64,000 nucleotides of DNA, from the NCBI GenBank assembly GCA_964588985.1, contig CAZPQW010000008.1, positions 32,001 through 96,000 on the forward strand, given 5' to 3'. The translations under genes were made by a program, and so were the position numbers. Shown here in pieces: positions 9,702 to 19,445 of the stretch; the stretch's first letter is position 1; each line of letters opens with the position of its first letter. The DNA is from an uncultured Solirubrobacteraceae bacterium. GTDB lineage: Bacteria > Actinomycetota > Thermoleophilia > Solirubrobacterales > Solirubrobacteraceae. The notes below the pieces were generated by a model. It was not told the origin of the DNA and searched no databases. It was given only the letters and a program-made list of their open reading frames with translations.

Positions 9702-11149
9702 GGCGGGCTCAACTGGTCGTCGCAACACGTTGATCGTGGAGGTGCTGATGGGCAGGCCAGCTGGGTGGATGACGGAGATAACGGGCAGGGCACCGATGAA
9801 GTCGCCTGGGAAGCCATCGCTTCGCCGAGATGTGGAGCGGTTGTTCTGGCGTGAGATCGCCAAGGGCCTGAGCAGTGAGGACGCTGCGTTGTCCGTCGGC
9901 GCCTCTTCGGCGGCAGGCAGCCGATGGTTCAGGGAACGTGGTGGCATGCCAACATTCATGCTTGCCTCGCTCTCGGGTCGCTATCTGTCATTCGAGGAGC
10001 GAGAGGAGATCTCGATTTGCAGGGCTCAGGGCGCCGGGGTTCGGGAGATCGCACAGCGGCTGGGGCGTTCCCCGTCGACGATCTCCAGGGAGCTGCACCG
10101 CAACGCTGCCACTCGCGGCGGGCAGTTCGACTATCGCGCATCGGTCGCGCAGTGGAAGGCGGAGCTGGTGGCACGCCGCCCAAAGACCGCGAAGCTCGCA
10201 GCCAACCCGCGGCTGAGCGAGTACGTGCACGAGCGGCTCTCCGGGGGAGTTCGCCGGCCGGACGGGACCGCGGTGCCGGGCCCAGCTACGGCGCCTTGGA
10301 AGGGCCGCAACAAGCCGATGCGCCAGGACCGCAAGTGGGCCAGAGCGTGGAGCCCGGAACAGATATCCAACCGCTTGAGGATCGACTTCCCCGATGATGA
10401 GGCGATGCGGATATCGCACGAGGCGATCTACCAGGCGCTCTACGTGCAGGGCCGCGGCGCGCTCCGGCGTGAGCTCACCGCGTGCTTGCGCAGCGGCAGG
10501 GCTCTGCGAGTTCCCAGAGCCCGCGTGCGCAGACGTGGCAAGAGCTACGTCACCGAGCAAATCATGATCAGTGAGCGTCCCGCCGAGGCCGAGGACCGCG
10601 CTGTGCCAGGGCACTGGGAGGGCGATCTCATCCTCGGTGCCGACCAGACAGCGATCGGGACGCTCGTCGAGCGCAGCACTCGGTTCACCATGCTGCTTCA
10701 CCTACCACCGATGCCCGGCCACGGCGGCACAAGAGTGAAGAACGGGCCACCGCTCGCCGGACGGGGAGCCGAGGCAGTGCGCGATGCCATCACCGCTCAG
10801 ATCACCACGTTGCCAGAGCAGCTACGCCGCTCCCTCACCTGGGACCAAGGAGCGGAGATGACACAACACGCACAGATCACAATCGACAGCGGGCTGAAGG
10901 TCTATTTCTGTGACCCTCAGAGCCCGTGGCAGCGAGGCACGAACGAGAACACCAACGGCCTGCTCCGCCAATACTTCCCCAAAGGCACCAACCTCGCCAG
11001 ACACACCGCCGAGGAGCTCGAGGCGGTCGCTGCAACGCTCAACAGCAGGCCACGCAAGACACTCGGCTGGCGCACACCCGCCGAAACACTCGACGAGCAT
11101 CTACGATCCCTCCCAACGCAAACCGTTGCGTCCACCAGTTGAATCCGCC
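9702..11149 (+). mobile_element. IS30-family element
   Basis: IRs GGCGGGCTCAACTGGTCGTCGCAAC / GTTGCGTCCACCAGTTGAATCCGCC; 3-bp duplication CAA. Confidence 0.92.
9748..11142 (+). CDS. IS30 transposase (appears intact)
   Basis: GGAGG SD then ATG; 'RYLSFEEREEI', 'GHWEGDLI', 'TWDQGAEM', 'WQRGTNENTNGLLRQYFPK'. Confidence 0.92.
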   Translation: MGRPAGWMTEITGRAPMKSPGKPSLRRDVERLFWREIAKGLSSEDAALSVGASSAAGSRWFRERGGMPTFMLASLSGRYLSFEEREEISICRAQGAGVREIAQRLGRSPSTISRELHRNAATRGGQFDYRASVAQWKAELVARRPKTAKLAANPRLSEYVHERLSGGVRRPDGTAVPGPATAPWKGRNKPMRQDRKWARAWSPEQISNRLRIDFPDDEAMRISHEAIYQALYVQGRGALRRELTACLRSGRALRVPRARVRRRGKSYVTEQIMISERPAEAEDRAVPGHWEGDLILGADQTAIGTLVERSTRFTMLLHLPPMPGHGGTRVKNGPPLAGRGAEAVRDAITAQITTLPEQLRRSLTWDQGAEMTQHAQITIDSGLKVYFCDPQSPWQRGTNENTNGLLRQYFPKGTNLARHTAEELEAVAATLNSRPRKTLGWRTPAETLDEHLRSLPTQTVASTS

Positions 11150-11685
11150 CAATATGTGTCGGGGGACTACACGCAGACCCTCGCCGACAACGACGTGCTC
11201 GCGTCAGTCGGGAGCACCGGCGATGCCTACGACAACAGCATGGCTGAGAGCTTCGTCGACAGCTTCAAGACAGAGCTCGTCGCCGACCGCGTCTGGCAAA
11301 CACGAAGCCAGCTCGAGCTCGCGATCGTGGAGTACATCAGCTGGTTCAACGACAGCCGCCTCCACGAAAACCTCGACGACCGGCCACCACGAGAGATCGA
11401 AGAACTCTACGCTGCAAAAGCAGGGACACCCATCACCACATCATGAAAGACAAAAGCTACTAATCCAGTCCCCGTCAAAACCGGTCCGGCTCATAGATCC
11501 CAACCTCTCTTCACTTGGCGATGAAGGAGGCAGCCTGAGCCGAGGCACGGACGGGCACCCCGATCGAAGAGCCCGTCCAACCCTCAATGACCCTCACGGA
11601 CCTGCCCAACCATGTCAGGCGACACGCTGTAGCGGCTGCCCTCGAAGAGGCGACCATCGGCCCTTGCGACCGACCTGCCGCGTGC

Positions 11686-12630
11686 CTATTCTCCGGTCCA
11701 GCCGCCAGCTTCGATGAGTTCTTGGACCTCGAGCTCCTCGCCGTTAGCGTCGATCGCCATCATGTTTTGACCTGCTTTGGAGGGGAGGCCAAGCTTACGG
11801 TCGATTGACGCATCCACCAGACCGCCACCTGAGGTGCCACAACCATTGGCTACGGGGACCGAGAACGAATTGCTCACCAATGTCGTGCCGAGGAGTTGTA
11901 CGGCGCCAGAGCGCTTTACGATGCGTTCGTACGCTTTGCCGTGGATCGGCTTCGCTGGCGGGGGCGGTTCGGTCATGCCGGCCGTCAGTGGAATGACGAG
12001 CGGTGTTGCGGCTGAGCCGATGTAGCAGTTAGCACCCAGGAACGGGCTCATGAGGTGGATCTTTACGCTCAGCGTCAGAGCGGTACCTGTTCGGGCATTC
12101 AGGAGCTTGCAGAGGTCAAATGTCGGCAGCGGATTTGTGCCGCAGGGGGTCAGAAGCCCGAACGCGGTGTCGGTCGCGACCGGCGTCGCCCATTCAACCA
12201 TGGCTGTGACTCCGGTAAGCTGGACATTTCCGATGGTTCCGAGCAGTCCACCGGGCACTGGCTGGGCTGGTCCGTGGATGATCCCATGAGGAGGCGAGAT
12301 CACGCATTCGGTGAAGCCCAGTGGAAAGCAGATCGCGGATACTTCTTCTTCTTCTGTGAGGCCTGCGTCAAAGGTGTCGCCCGGCACCGAGATCGGCACG
12401 CTCGAATGCCCGATCTGCACCACGCCGCCAGTCGTATACGAATGCACGCATTTGCCAGAGATCCCGATCACGCTCGCCTTGGGGCAATTCGCGAAGTCCG
12501 CAGTGGTCCCAGTGATCCCCGGCTCGGTGAAGGCTGGCGCGGCGGCCGCGAAGACCGAGAGCGCGACTAGACCGAGAACGCCTGCCGCGAAAAAGATTCG
12601 GCGTATTCCCCTACCGGCAGAAACAATCAC
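11686..12630 (-). CDS. Secreted Cys-containing hypothetical protein
   Basis: Signal peptide ending APA, 'FANCP', 'VPGGLLG', 'PFLGANCYIGS', 'LGLPS.AGQN'; GGGGAG SD. Confidence 0.85.
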   Translation of the reverse strand: MIVSAGRGIRRIFFAAGVLGLVALSVFAAAAPAFTEPGITGTTADFANCPKASVIGISGKCVHSYTTGGVVQIGHSSVPISVPGDTFDAGLTEEEEVSAICFPLGFTECVISPPHGIIHGPAQPVPGGLLGTIGNVQLTGVTAMVEWATPVATDTAFGLLTPCGTNPLPTFDLCKLLNARTGTALTLSVKIHLMSPFLGANCYIGSAATPLVIPLTAGMTEPPPPAKPIHGKAYERIVKRSGAVQLLGTTLVSNSFSVPVANGCGTSGGGLVDASIDRKLGLPSKAGQNMMAIDANGEELEVQELIEAGGWTGE

Positions 12631-12718
12631 GACACTCGATCTCCCCTCTTAGATTCAAAACCACAGACGCAGGTCGGTGGCGCAGAAGTCCAAATAGCCG
12701 CACAAATCCGGACTCCTT

Positions 12719-12764
12719 ACCCTACGCTCGCCACCAGTCTTATGCAAGTCTAGTTTCTGACTTT
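12719..12764 (-). promoter_or_regulatory. Same box and promoter on minus strand: AAAGTCAGAAACTAGAC-TTGCAT-N17-TAGGGT
   Basis: Close match to 1864-1909 including the spacer CTGGTRGCGAGCG. Confidence 0.7.
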
Positions 12765-12915
12765 CGACCCTCTCGTCTATCGCGGCTCGTGGCTTTGCCC
12801 GAACCCCGTCCATGGATCCACCGGGCCGCAGGCGGACGGGGGCGTATTGTCGCCCGCCGCACTTCGCAATATTCGCCAGCGGGTCGTTGCCTTGATCGGT
12901 TCGGCGCGGGTAAAG

Positions 12916-12960
12916 AAGTCAGAAACTACACTTGCGGAGCGCTAGTAGTCAGCGTACAGT
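12916..12960 (+). promoter_or_regulatory. Box plus promoter TTGCGG-N17-TACAGT (cassette 2)
   Basis: Same architecture as cassette 1. Confidence 0.7.
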
Positions 12961-13008
12961 AGAAGCTACGGTGTCACGTGTAATGGCTCCTTAGGGATGT
13001 CTAGGCTG

Positions 13009-13041
13009 ATGTTTGACGCTACTCCGGGTGGGCGCTTATAA
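13009..13041 (+). CDS. Putative TTA leader peptide (cassette 2)
   Basis: Identical to 1958-1990. Confidence 0.5.
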   Translation: MFDATPGGRL

Positions 13042-13065
13042 GTCCAATCGTAAAGGAGTAGTTAG

Positions 13066-13689
13066 ATGAGGCGTACAACAACGACGGCAGTGGGGCTGGT
13101 GGCCCTTGTGGTGATGTTGGTGCTCGGCGTGTTCTCCGCCGGGTCAGCGTCAGCGCATTTATTCTTATACACGGGACCCTTACCCTCATTACTCTTAATA
13201 TTAAGCGAGGGTCCGCAGATCTTCAACGTTACACCAGAAGGCTTCCAAATCAATTGTCCGCATTTCTTAGGTCATATTCAGGTCTCTAATGGTGTGATGT
13301 GGGGCTTAACGGCCAAAGTCACCGGTGACTATCCCGGCAAATGCACCGTGACCGGTGGCTCCAAAGGGACGATCTCCCCGGTGGAATACGAAATCAGTGC
13401 TGACGGCACGATCTCTATTCTCAAAACCATTACAATCACGGCCGGGAGTCCGGCCAACTGCAGTCTCTTAGTCGAACCGACCGCAGAAAACCAGAACCTC
13501 TCAAGCCTCTTATTCTTAAAAGATCCCCTCAACTCTGGAGCGATATTAGGGCATGCCGCAGTTGGTGGCATCCACTCGAAAGGCACCAGCGGGGTCTGTT
13601 CTGAAAAGGAAGAAAATAACTACACTAAAGGTAGCTATTTCGGCTTATTCTTAGTGTGGGTGCATGGGGGTACTGTTGCTTGGGAGTAG
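13066..13689 (+). CDS. Secreted TTA-rich protein, copy 2 (identical to copy 1)
   Basis: Identical translation. Confidence 0.9.
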   Translation: MRRTTTTAVGLVALVVMLVLGVFSAGSASAHLFLYTGPLPSLLLILSEGPQIFNVTPEGFQINCPHFLGHIQVSNGVMWGLTAKVTGDYPGKCTVTGGSKGTISPVEYEISADGTISILKTITITAGSPANCSLLVEPTAENQNLSSLLFLKDPLNSGAILGHAAVGGIHSKGTSGVCSEKEENNYTKGSYFGLFLVWVHGGTVAWE

Positions 13690-13867
13690 TTTAGATATGG
13701 CAGTTTCACGCTGTGTTACAGGAGGTTATGAAGGCTAGTTAGCTGGCTTGGGTGGGGGTTGGGTTTGGTGTCTGGCTCCCACCCGGTTTTGTTGCGTGAG
13801 GGGAGTTGGTGTGGGTTTGTGTGGTTGTGATGGTGGTGGGGTTGGGTGTCTAGGAGGGGGTTGGGCT

Positions 13868-16534
13868 GTGGCTGGACCGGCGTTTAGGCGTGTTTGTTTG
13901 GTGGTGCTTGTTGTGGTGCTCTCTGGGTGTGTGGTGTGGGTGTCTGTGGCGGGTGCTGTGGTGTTGCCGGATGGTCGTGGCTATGAGCTGGTTTCGCCGG
14001 TGGCGAAGAATGGTTTGAGCCCGTATGCGGCGGTCCCTTCTACCACCGGTGGGGCGGTGGATTTTCAGGCGCGTGGGGCGTTTGCCGGCGCGACGTCTGG
14101 GGCTCTGAACCTGTATCAGGCGACGCGTACGGCTGGTGGCTGGCAGACAGCGCCGTTGACGCCGGCCCCGTCTACCCCGTTGGGGGCTTTGGAAGAGCAG
14201 GCGCCGGTATGGCTGTCGGCGGACTTGTCTGAGGCGATCTTCACGACCCCTGAGTCCTATGCTCCTGGCGATCAAGACGGCGGCGCGCTGAGCCTGTACG
14301 CAGAGGCTGTGGGTGGCGGGTTGAGCTGGCTATCGCAGGGATCTCAGGGAGGCACGGAATCGAGCGAGACGACGTTCGATGGAGCCTCACCAGACGGGAA
14401 CCATGTCGTGTTCAGCAGCCACGCATCGCTGATCCCGCCCGCAACAGGGCTTGGGAGCGATGCAGCCCCAGAAGCGGAGTACCTCTACGAACGCAACGCT
14501 CCTGAAGCCCAAACACACCTGCTCAACGTAAACAATGCCGGGCAGATCATCGGCAGCCTCGAAACCACGCTTCCCAAAGGATACACACCAGGCCCAACGG
14601 CAAACTTTATCGCGGTCGCCCTTATCGAAGGAGAGGGCTTTTTCCCGGGGCAGTTCATCACGGTAGGCGAAGGTGAAAGCGAACTGACCACACAGATCAC
14701 CCAGGTCTTCAAGATAAGCAGTACAACAGAGAGCTTGGGAGTGGGAAACAACGCTGGATTGCCGATAGCGTATCCTGTGGGTACGCGTGTGGCGCATTTG
14801 TCGGAAGGCGCGATTTTGGGTGATGGTGGTGATTTGGCGTCGGGTGTGGCGCCTGCGAGTGAATATTTGCCGGCGGATGCTGGTAGTGGCTCCACGACCC
14901 ATGCGGTGTCGAGTGATGGCTCGAAGGTGTTCTTCGAGAGCCCGAACCCCGCGGTTGGCGAGCCGGTGGGCCTATATGTGCGTATAGGTAATGCCACGAC
15001 TGTAAAGATTGCTGGAGCGAGCGCTGATGGCACCAGACTCAGCGGGCTCCTCGAATCGGAGGCGGTCATATTCGGTTCGGCGCGGTTTGAGGGTGCGGCG
15101 GCGGACGGGTCGCTGGTGTTCTTCACTTCAGGTGAAGGGCTTGCTGGTGCGACGAGTGGTGGGGAGGTGTATGAGTTCAACACGACCGGCCATGAAATCG
15201 GAGGGGTCAGCCCGTTGTCCGTCGGTGCCGTATCAGCCGGGCTGGGAGGCGACAGAACCCCGGCAAGCACCCTCACCGCCACCGCGGCGGGGCGCAAACC
15301 GGGCGTAACCATCAGGGTCGCGAGCACGGCGGGGTTCCATGCCGGGGAAGAGATCATGTTCGCGCCGTTCGAAACAGAAGGAGAATTCGGAATGAGCTCG
15401 GGTGTGACGTCGAGGGTCGCGTCGGTGGACAGTGCGACCGAACTCACTCTCAGCGAAGGCCTGATCGGGGTAGGGTTCGGTGTTCCGGCTGGTACGGAAG
15501 TGCATGGTGTTCATCCGGCGTCTGTGGTTGCGGTCGCGGATGATGGTTCGCGTGTGTATTTCGTCTCGGATGGTGTGTTGGCGGAAAACACGAACGCTCA
15601 GGGTGCGAGCGCGGTCCCGGTGCAGCCGAACCTGTACGTGTTCGATACAGCGACCCAGGAAACCGCGTTTATCGGGACGTTGGCGTCGAGTGATGTGAGG
15701 GATGCGGGGGGTAACCCGTCGGGTTTGGTGGGCGAGCCGGATATCTCTCGGCCTGCTGTGCCGAGCCCTGACGGTGGTGTTCTGGTGTTCGCGTCTGCGG
15801 CTGATTTGACGGGCCAGAACCCGTGGCAGCAATACACCGAGATCTACCGGTACTCGGTCGCGGGCAACTCGCTGGTGTGCGTGTCGTGCACCGCCCCGGG
15901 AGTGAAGCCCGCGGGGAACGCGTCGTTCGGGGAAACCGCCGGCGGCACTTATGATCCGCCGGGCTTGACATCCCCGATGAGCGCAGATGGCGCTCGCGTG
16001 TTCTTCCAGACCCCAGACTCGCTTGTCGCGGAAGACACGAACGGGAGTGCTCCTGTGAGCCCGAAGTTCGGGACCCCAACCTCCACGGATGTGTATGAGT
16101 GGGAGGAAGGGCACGTGTCACTGATCTCCAGCGGCTCGGCGTCCACCCCGGCCGTTTTGATGGGCGCCACGCCCAGCGGAAACGATGCGCTGTTCACAAC
16201 AACAGCGCAACTGGTACCCAGCGAGACTGACGGGGGCTATGAAAACGTGTTCGACGCCCGCGTCAACGGGGGATTCCCCGCCGCAGCGAAAGCCGGCCCC
16301 TCATGCTCCGGCTCCGGGTGCACTGCAGCGTTCGGTCTCGCCCCCACGCTCCAAGCGCCCGCCAGCGCATCACTACACGGCCCCGGAAACACGCCCGCCA
16401 AGACAACCCCGAAACCAAAGCCAAAGCGAATGGCCTGCGGAAAGCGACACGTACGACGACACGTGAAAGGCCGAACAATCTGCGCCCGACGAGCCAAGAA
16501 CACCCAGAAGACAGGCAGCACACATGCACACTAA
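13868..16534 (+). CDS. Secreted beta-propeller protein, copy B
   Basis: Identical to copy A except for five substitutions in the last ~90 residues. Confidence 0.85.
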   Translation: MAGPAFRRVCLVVLVVVLSGCVVWVSVAGAVVLPDGRGYELVSPVAKNGLSPYAAVPSTTGGAVDFQARGAFAGATSGALNLYQATRTAGGWQTAPLTPAPSTPLGALEEQAPVWLSADLSEAIFTTPESYAPGDQDGGALSLYAEAVGGGLSWLSQGSQGGTESSETTFDGASPDGNHVVFSSHASLIPPATGLGSDAAPEAEYLYERNAPEAQTHLLNVNNAGQIIGSLETTLPKGYTPGPTANFIAVALIEGEGFFPGQFITVGEGESELTTQITQVFKISSTTESLGVGNNAGLPIAYPVGTRVAHLSEGAILGDGGDLASGVAPASEYLPADAGSGSTTHAVSSDGSKVFFESPNPAVGEPVGLYVRIGNATTVKIAGASADGTRLSGLLESEAVIFGSARFEGAAADGSLVFFTSGEGLAGATSGGEVYEFNTTGHEIGGVSPLSVGAVSAGLGGDRTPASTLTATAAGRKPGVTIRVASTAGFHAGEEIMFAPFETEGEFGMSSGVTSRVASVDSATELTLSEGLIGVGFGVPAGTEVHGVHPASVVAVADDGSRVYFVSDGVLAENTNAQGASAVPVQPNLYVFDTATQETAFIGTLASSDVRDAGGNPSGLVGEPDISRPAVPSPDGGVLVFASAADLTGQNPWQQYTEIYRYSVAGNSLVCVSCTAPGVKPAGNASFGETAGGTYDPPGLTSPMSADGARVFFQTPDSLVAEDTNGSAPVSPKFGTPTSTDVYEWEEGHVSLISSGSASTPAVLMGATPSGNDALFTTTAQLVPSETDGGYENVFDARVNGGFPAAAKAGPSCSGSGCTAAFGLAPTLQAPASASLHGPGNTPAKTTPKPKPKRMACGKRHVRRHVKGRTICARRAKNTQKTGSTHAH

Positions 16535-16556
16535 GACGAAGGAAACAGAGGGAGCG

Positions 16557-19445
16557 ATGATGAGTGTTGTGACTGACAACGGGTTTGCTCACGGCGGCGT
16601 TGGGGCTCGTGTGCGTTTCGCTCTCTTGATGGCGGTAGCGCTGGTGTTGGTCGCCGGCTCGAGTGTTGCGGGCGCGTCTGAAGGGTTTGGTGTGTCCTCC
16701 TTCTCGACGGGCGTGTCGTCGCTGCAGGCTGGTGGGCATGCGGATTTCACGACGGAATTCTCGGTGGGCCGGGAAGCGTTGGGTGGTCCGTTGGGGCAGG
16801 TCAAGAATTTGACGGAGACGCTGCCGGTGGGGTTGGTGGGTGATCCGCAGGACATTCCGCGGTGCACGCCGGCGCAGCTCACGGAATTCGATTGTCAGCC
16901 GTCTTCCCAGGTCGGTGTGTTGATTTCGCGGTTCTCGTTTCCGGCGACTGAAGAAGGCGAAGAACCGTTGGAAGTCGAAGAACGGAGTGGCGTCTACAAC
17001 ATGGTGCCCTCGCCTGGTCATCCGGCGACGTTCGCGACGCAGGTGGCGTTCGCGACGGTGTTGATCCAGGCTGATGTAAAGCGTGATGGTTCGTCGCGCT
17101 TGGTGGCTAGCGTGAGGGAACTTTCGACGCTGGAGCCGTTGGTGTCGACGTCGTTGACGATGTGGGGTGTGCCGGCGGATCCGTCGCATGATGCGTTGCG
17201 GTTTCTCGCGCCTCCGGGCGAAGGGGCGGGTGTCGGTGCTGGTGTTGCGCCGACGCCGTTCATGATCAACTCGAGTGACTGCACGGATGGGCCTTTGGAA
17301 AGCCGGCTCGAACTTCAATCGTGGTCGGGCGAAGAAGCGAGCGCGACAGCGGAAATGCCTGCCCCGACGGGGTGTGGCTCGCTGAGCGCGTCCCCGACGA
17401 TCTCGGTGGTCCCGGAAACGTCTCAGGCGGGGGCGCCGTCTGGGTATGAAGTTGATTTGAAGGTGCCGCAGGAACTAGCGCCTTATGCGTCCTCGACCCC
17501 GGATTTGCGTGACGCGGTCGTGACCTTGCCTGCTGGGACTGTGGCGTCGCCGTCGGCGGCGAATGGGCTTGAAGCTTGTAGCGAGTCCGAGTTTGGGTGG
17601 GAAGGGGTGACCCCGACCTCGGTGGGGCACGCGAACGAAAGCCCCGTGGCGTGCCCGGCCGGCTCGGAAATCGGGACGGTCGAAGTGCTGACGCCGCTGC
17701 TCGGGAGCCCGGTTAAGGGTTCGGTGTTCTTGGCGGCGCAGGACGCGAACCCGTTCAAGTCGTTGCTCGCGGTCTACATGGTGCTGGAAGGCGAAGGTGT
17801 GCAGGTCAAGCTCGCGGGGCGTGTGAGCCCGAATCCCGCGACGGGGCAGTTGACGACGAGCTTCACGGCGATTCCGCAGGTCCCGTTCAGCGAGTTGCGG
17901 TTGCATGTGCGTGGCGGACCGGCCGCTTCTCTGTCGAACCCGACCGTGTGTGGCCCGGCTAGGAGTGTGGCGGCGTTGACGTTCTACAGCAGCCCCGTCC
18001 CGGTGGAACCCTCGAGCGTGTTCGACGTGACGGGCTGTGGGGCGCCGAGGTTCGCGCCGTCGTTCACGGCCGGCACCACGACCCCTGTGGCGGGTGCGTT
18101 CAGCCCGATGAGCGTCCTGATCGCAAGGACCGACGCCGACCAGGACATCGAAGGGGTCCAGGCCACGACCCCGCCTGGGCTGCTTGGCGTGCTGGCGAGT
18201 GTCCCGCTCTGCGGAGAACCGGCCGCTTCGAAAGGCGAATGCCCTGCAGCATCGGAAATCGGGCATGTCGTCGTCGGAGCGGGCCCGGGCCCGGAACCGG
18301 TCTACATCCCCGAGACGGGTCACCCACAGAGCCCCGTTTTCCTCACGACCGGGTATAAGGGCGCCCCATTCGGGTTGAGCATCGTGGTGCCCGCTGTCGC
18401 GGGCCCGTTCAACCTGGGGACCGTGATCATGAGAGCCCGCGTGGATGTGGATCCCCATACCTCGCAGGCTGTGATCACGAGCGACCCTCTGCCCCAGATC
18501 CTGAAGGGCATACCCGTCCAGGGTCGCACCATCAACGTCGTCGTGGACCGCAAAGAATTTATGTTCAACCCGACAAGCTGCGAACCCCTCGCGGCTACAG
18601 GGGTGATCACCTCCGCGCAGGGTATGGTCGCGAACGTGAGCAGTCCGTTCCAGACGGGAGGCTGTCAGAAACTGTCGTTCAAACCGTCGTTCGCGGCCTC
18701 GGTGCAGGGGAATGGCACGTTCAAAGGGCACGGGGCATCCCTCACGGTCAGGGTCTCCACACACCAGGGGCCAACCGTCTCGGGTGGTGGGGAATCGAAC
18801 CTCGCTAAAGCCGATGTCCAGCTCCCGGTGGAGCTCCCATCCAGGGATGCGACCCTGCAGAAAGCTTGCACCGCGCAGGTGTTCGCGGCGAACCCCGCCG
18901 GGTGCCCGACAGCGTCGAGGGTCGGGACGGCGGTCGTGCACACTCCGCTGCTCGCTTCACCGCTGGAAGGTCCGGCAATCATCGTGAGCCATGCGGGGGC
19001 GGCGTTCCCCGACCTCGACTTGGTGCTGCAGGGCGATGGGGTCACGTTCGACCTGGTCGGAAACACTCAGATCAAGCACGGGATCACCTACAGCCACTTC
19101 GATACCGCCCCAGATGCTCCGTTCTCAAGCTTCGAACTGAAGCTCCCCGAGGGCCCCAACAGCATCCTCGCCGCTTTCCTGCCGCACGGCAGCACCCTCT
19201 GTACAACAACGATCGTGAAGAGCGTGAAGATCAAATCCCACGGGCGGACAAGACGCGTCAAACGCAACGTCCCAGCGCCGTTGCTGATGCCGACGACGCT
19301 GACCGCCCAAGACGGAGCAGTCATCAAACAGACCACGAAGATCGCGGTCACGGGGTGCCCGGCCCCAGCGAAAGCCCACAAGGCCAAGGCCCGGAAGGCC
19401 AGAAGAGCGCGAACCGCGCGCACGAACAGGAAGGCGGCCCACTGA
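16557..19445 (+). CDS. Large secreted beta-rich protein with internal repeats and basic tail
   Basis: GGAG SD, signal peptide, recurring 'LP.G...P....C...C P..S.IG.V' units, tail 'GCPAPAKAHKAKARKARRAR'. Confidence 0.85.
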   Translation: MMSVVTDNGFAHGGVGARVRFALLMAVALVLVAGSSVAGASEGFGVSSFSTGVSSLQAGGHADFTTEFSVGREALGGPLGQVKNLTETLPVGLVGDPQDIPRCTPAQLTEFDCQPSSQVGVLISRFSFPATEEGEEPLEVEERSGVYNMVPSPGHPATFATQVAFATVLIQADVKRDGSSRLVASVRELSTLEPLVSTSLTMWGVPADPSHDALRFLAPPGEGAGVGAGVAPTPFMINSSDCTDGPLESRLELQSWSGEEASATAEMPAPTGCGSLSASPTISVVPETSQAGAPSGYEVDLKVPQELAPYASSTPDLRDAVVTLPAGTVASPSAANGLEACSESEFGWEGVTPTSVGHANESPVACPAGSEIGTVEVLTPLLGSPVKGSVFLAAQDANPFKSLLAVYMVLEGEGVQVKLAGRVSPNPATGQLTTSFTAIPQVPFSELRLHVRGGPAASLSNPTVCGPARSVAALTFYSSPVPVEPSSVFDVTGCGAPRFAPSFTAGTTTPVAGAFSPMSVLIARTDADQDIEGVQATTPPGLLGVLASVPLCGEPAASKGECPAASEIGHVVVGAGPGPEPVYIPETGHPQSPVFLTTGYKGAPFGLSIVVPAVAGPFNLGTVIMRARVDVDPHTSQAVITSDPLPQILKGIPVQGRTINVVVDRKEFMFNPTSCEPLAATGVITSAQGMVANVSSPFQTGGCQKLSFKPSFAASVQGNGTFKGHGASLTVRVSTHQGPTVSGGGESNLAKADVQLPVELPSRDATLQKACTAQVFAANPAGCPTASRVGTAVVHTPLLASPLEGPAIIVSHAGAAFPDLDLVLQGDGVTFDLVGNTQIKHGITYSHFDTAPDAPFSSFELKLPEGPNSILAAFLPHGSTLCTTTIVKSVKIKSHGRTRRVKRNVPAPLLMPTTLTAQDGAVIKQTTKIAVTGCPAPAKAHKAKARKARRARTARTNRKAAH

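Larger units (their letters stand above)
9105..11446 (+). pseudogene. IS3-C OrfB interrupted by IS30
   Basis: 'WVADFSY...HHSDRGSQ' ends at 9701 and resumes 'YVSGDY...GDAYDNSMAESF' at 11153. Confidence 0.9.
8737..11493 (+). mobile_element. IS3-family element C, inserted in the right IR of IS3-A
   Basis: IRs TGAGCCAGGCCGGTTTTGACGGGG / CCCCGTCAAAACCGGTCCGGCTCA; 3-bp duplication TAG. Confidence 0.9.
6246..11502 (+). mobile_element. IS3-family element A (outer; interrupted twice)
   Basis: Left IR GGATCTACCCCTGGTTTGTTGGAGTCGCGTGTTT; right IR AAACCCACGACTCCGCAAAAATAGGGGTAG|ATCC split by element C. Confidence 0.8.
12916..16542 (+). repeat. 3.6-kb direct repeat, copy B
   Basis: Matches 1865-5491. 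Confidence 0.95.

Noticed and set aside
18866-19444. N-terminal 193 aa of the 1020-aa ORF
   Set aside because: It overlaps the upstream gene out of frame; the signal peptide begins at the coupled ATG at 19445.
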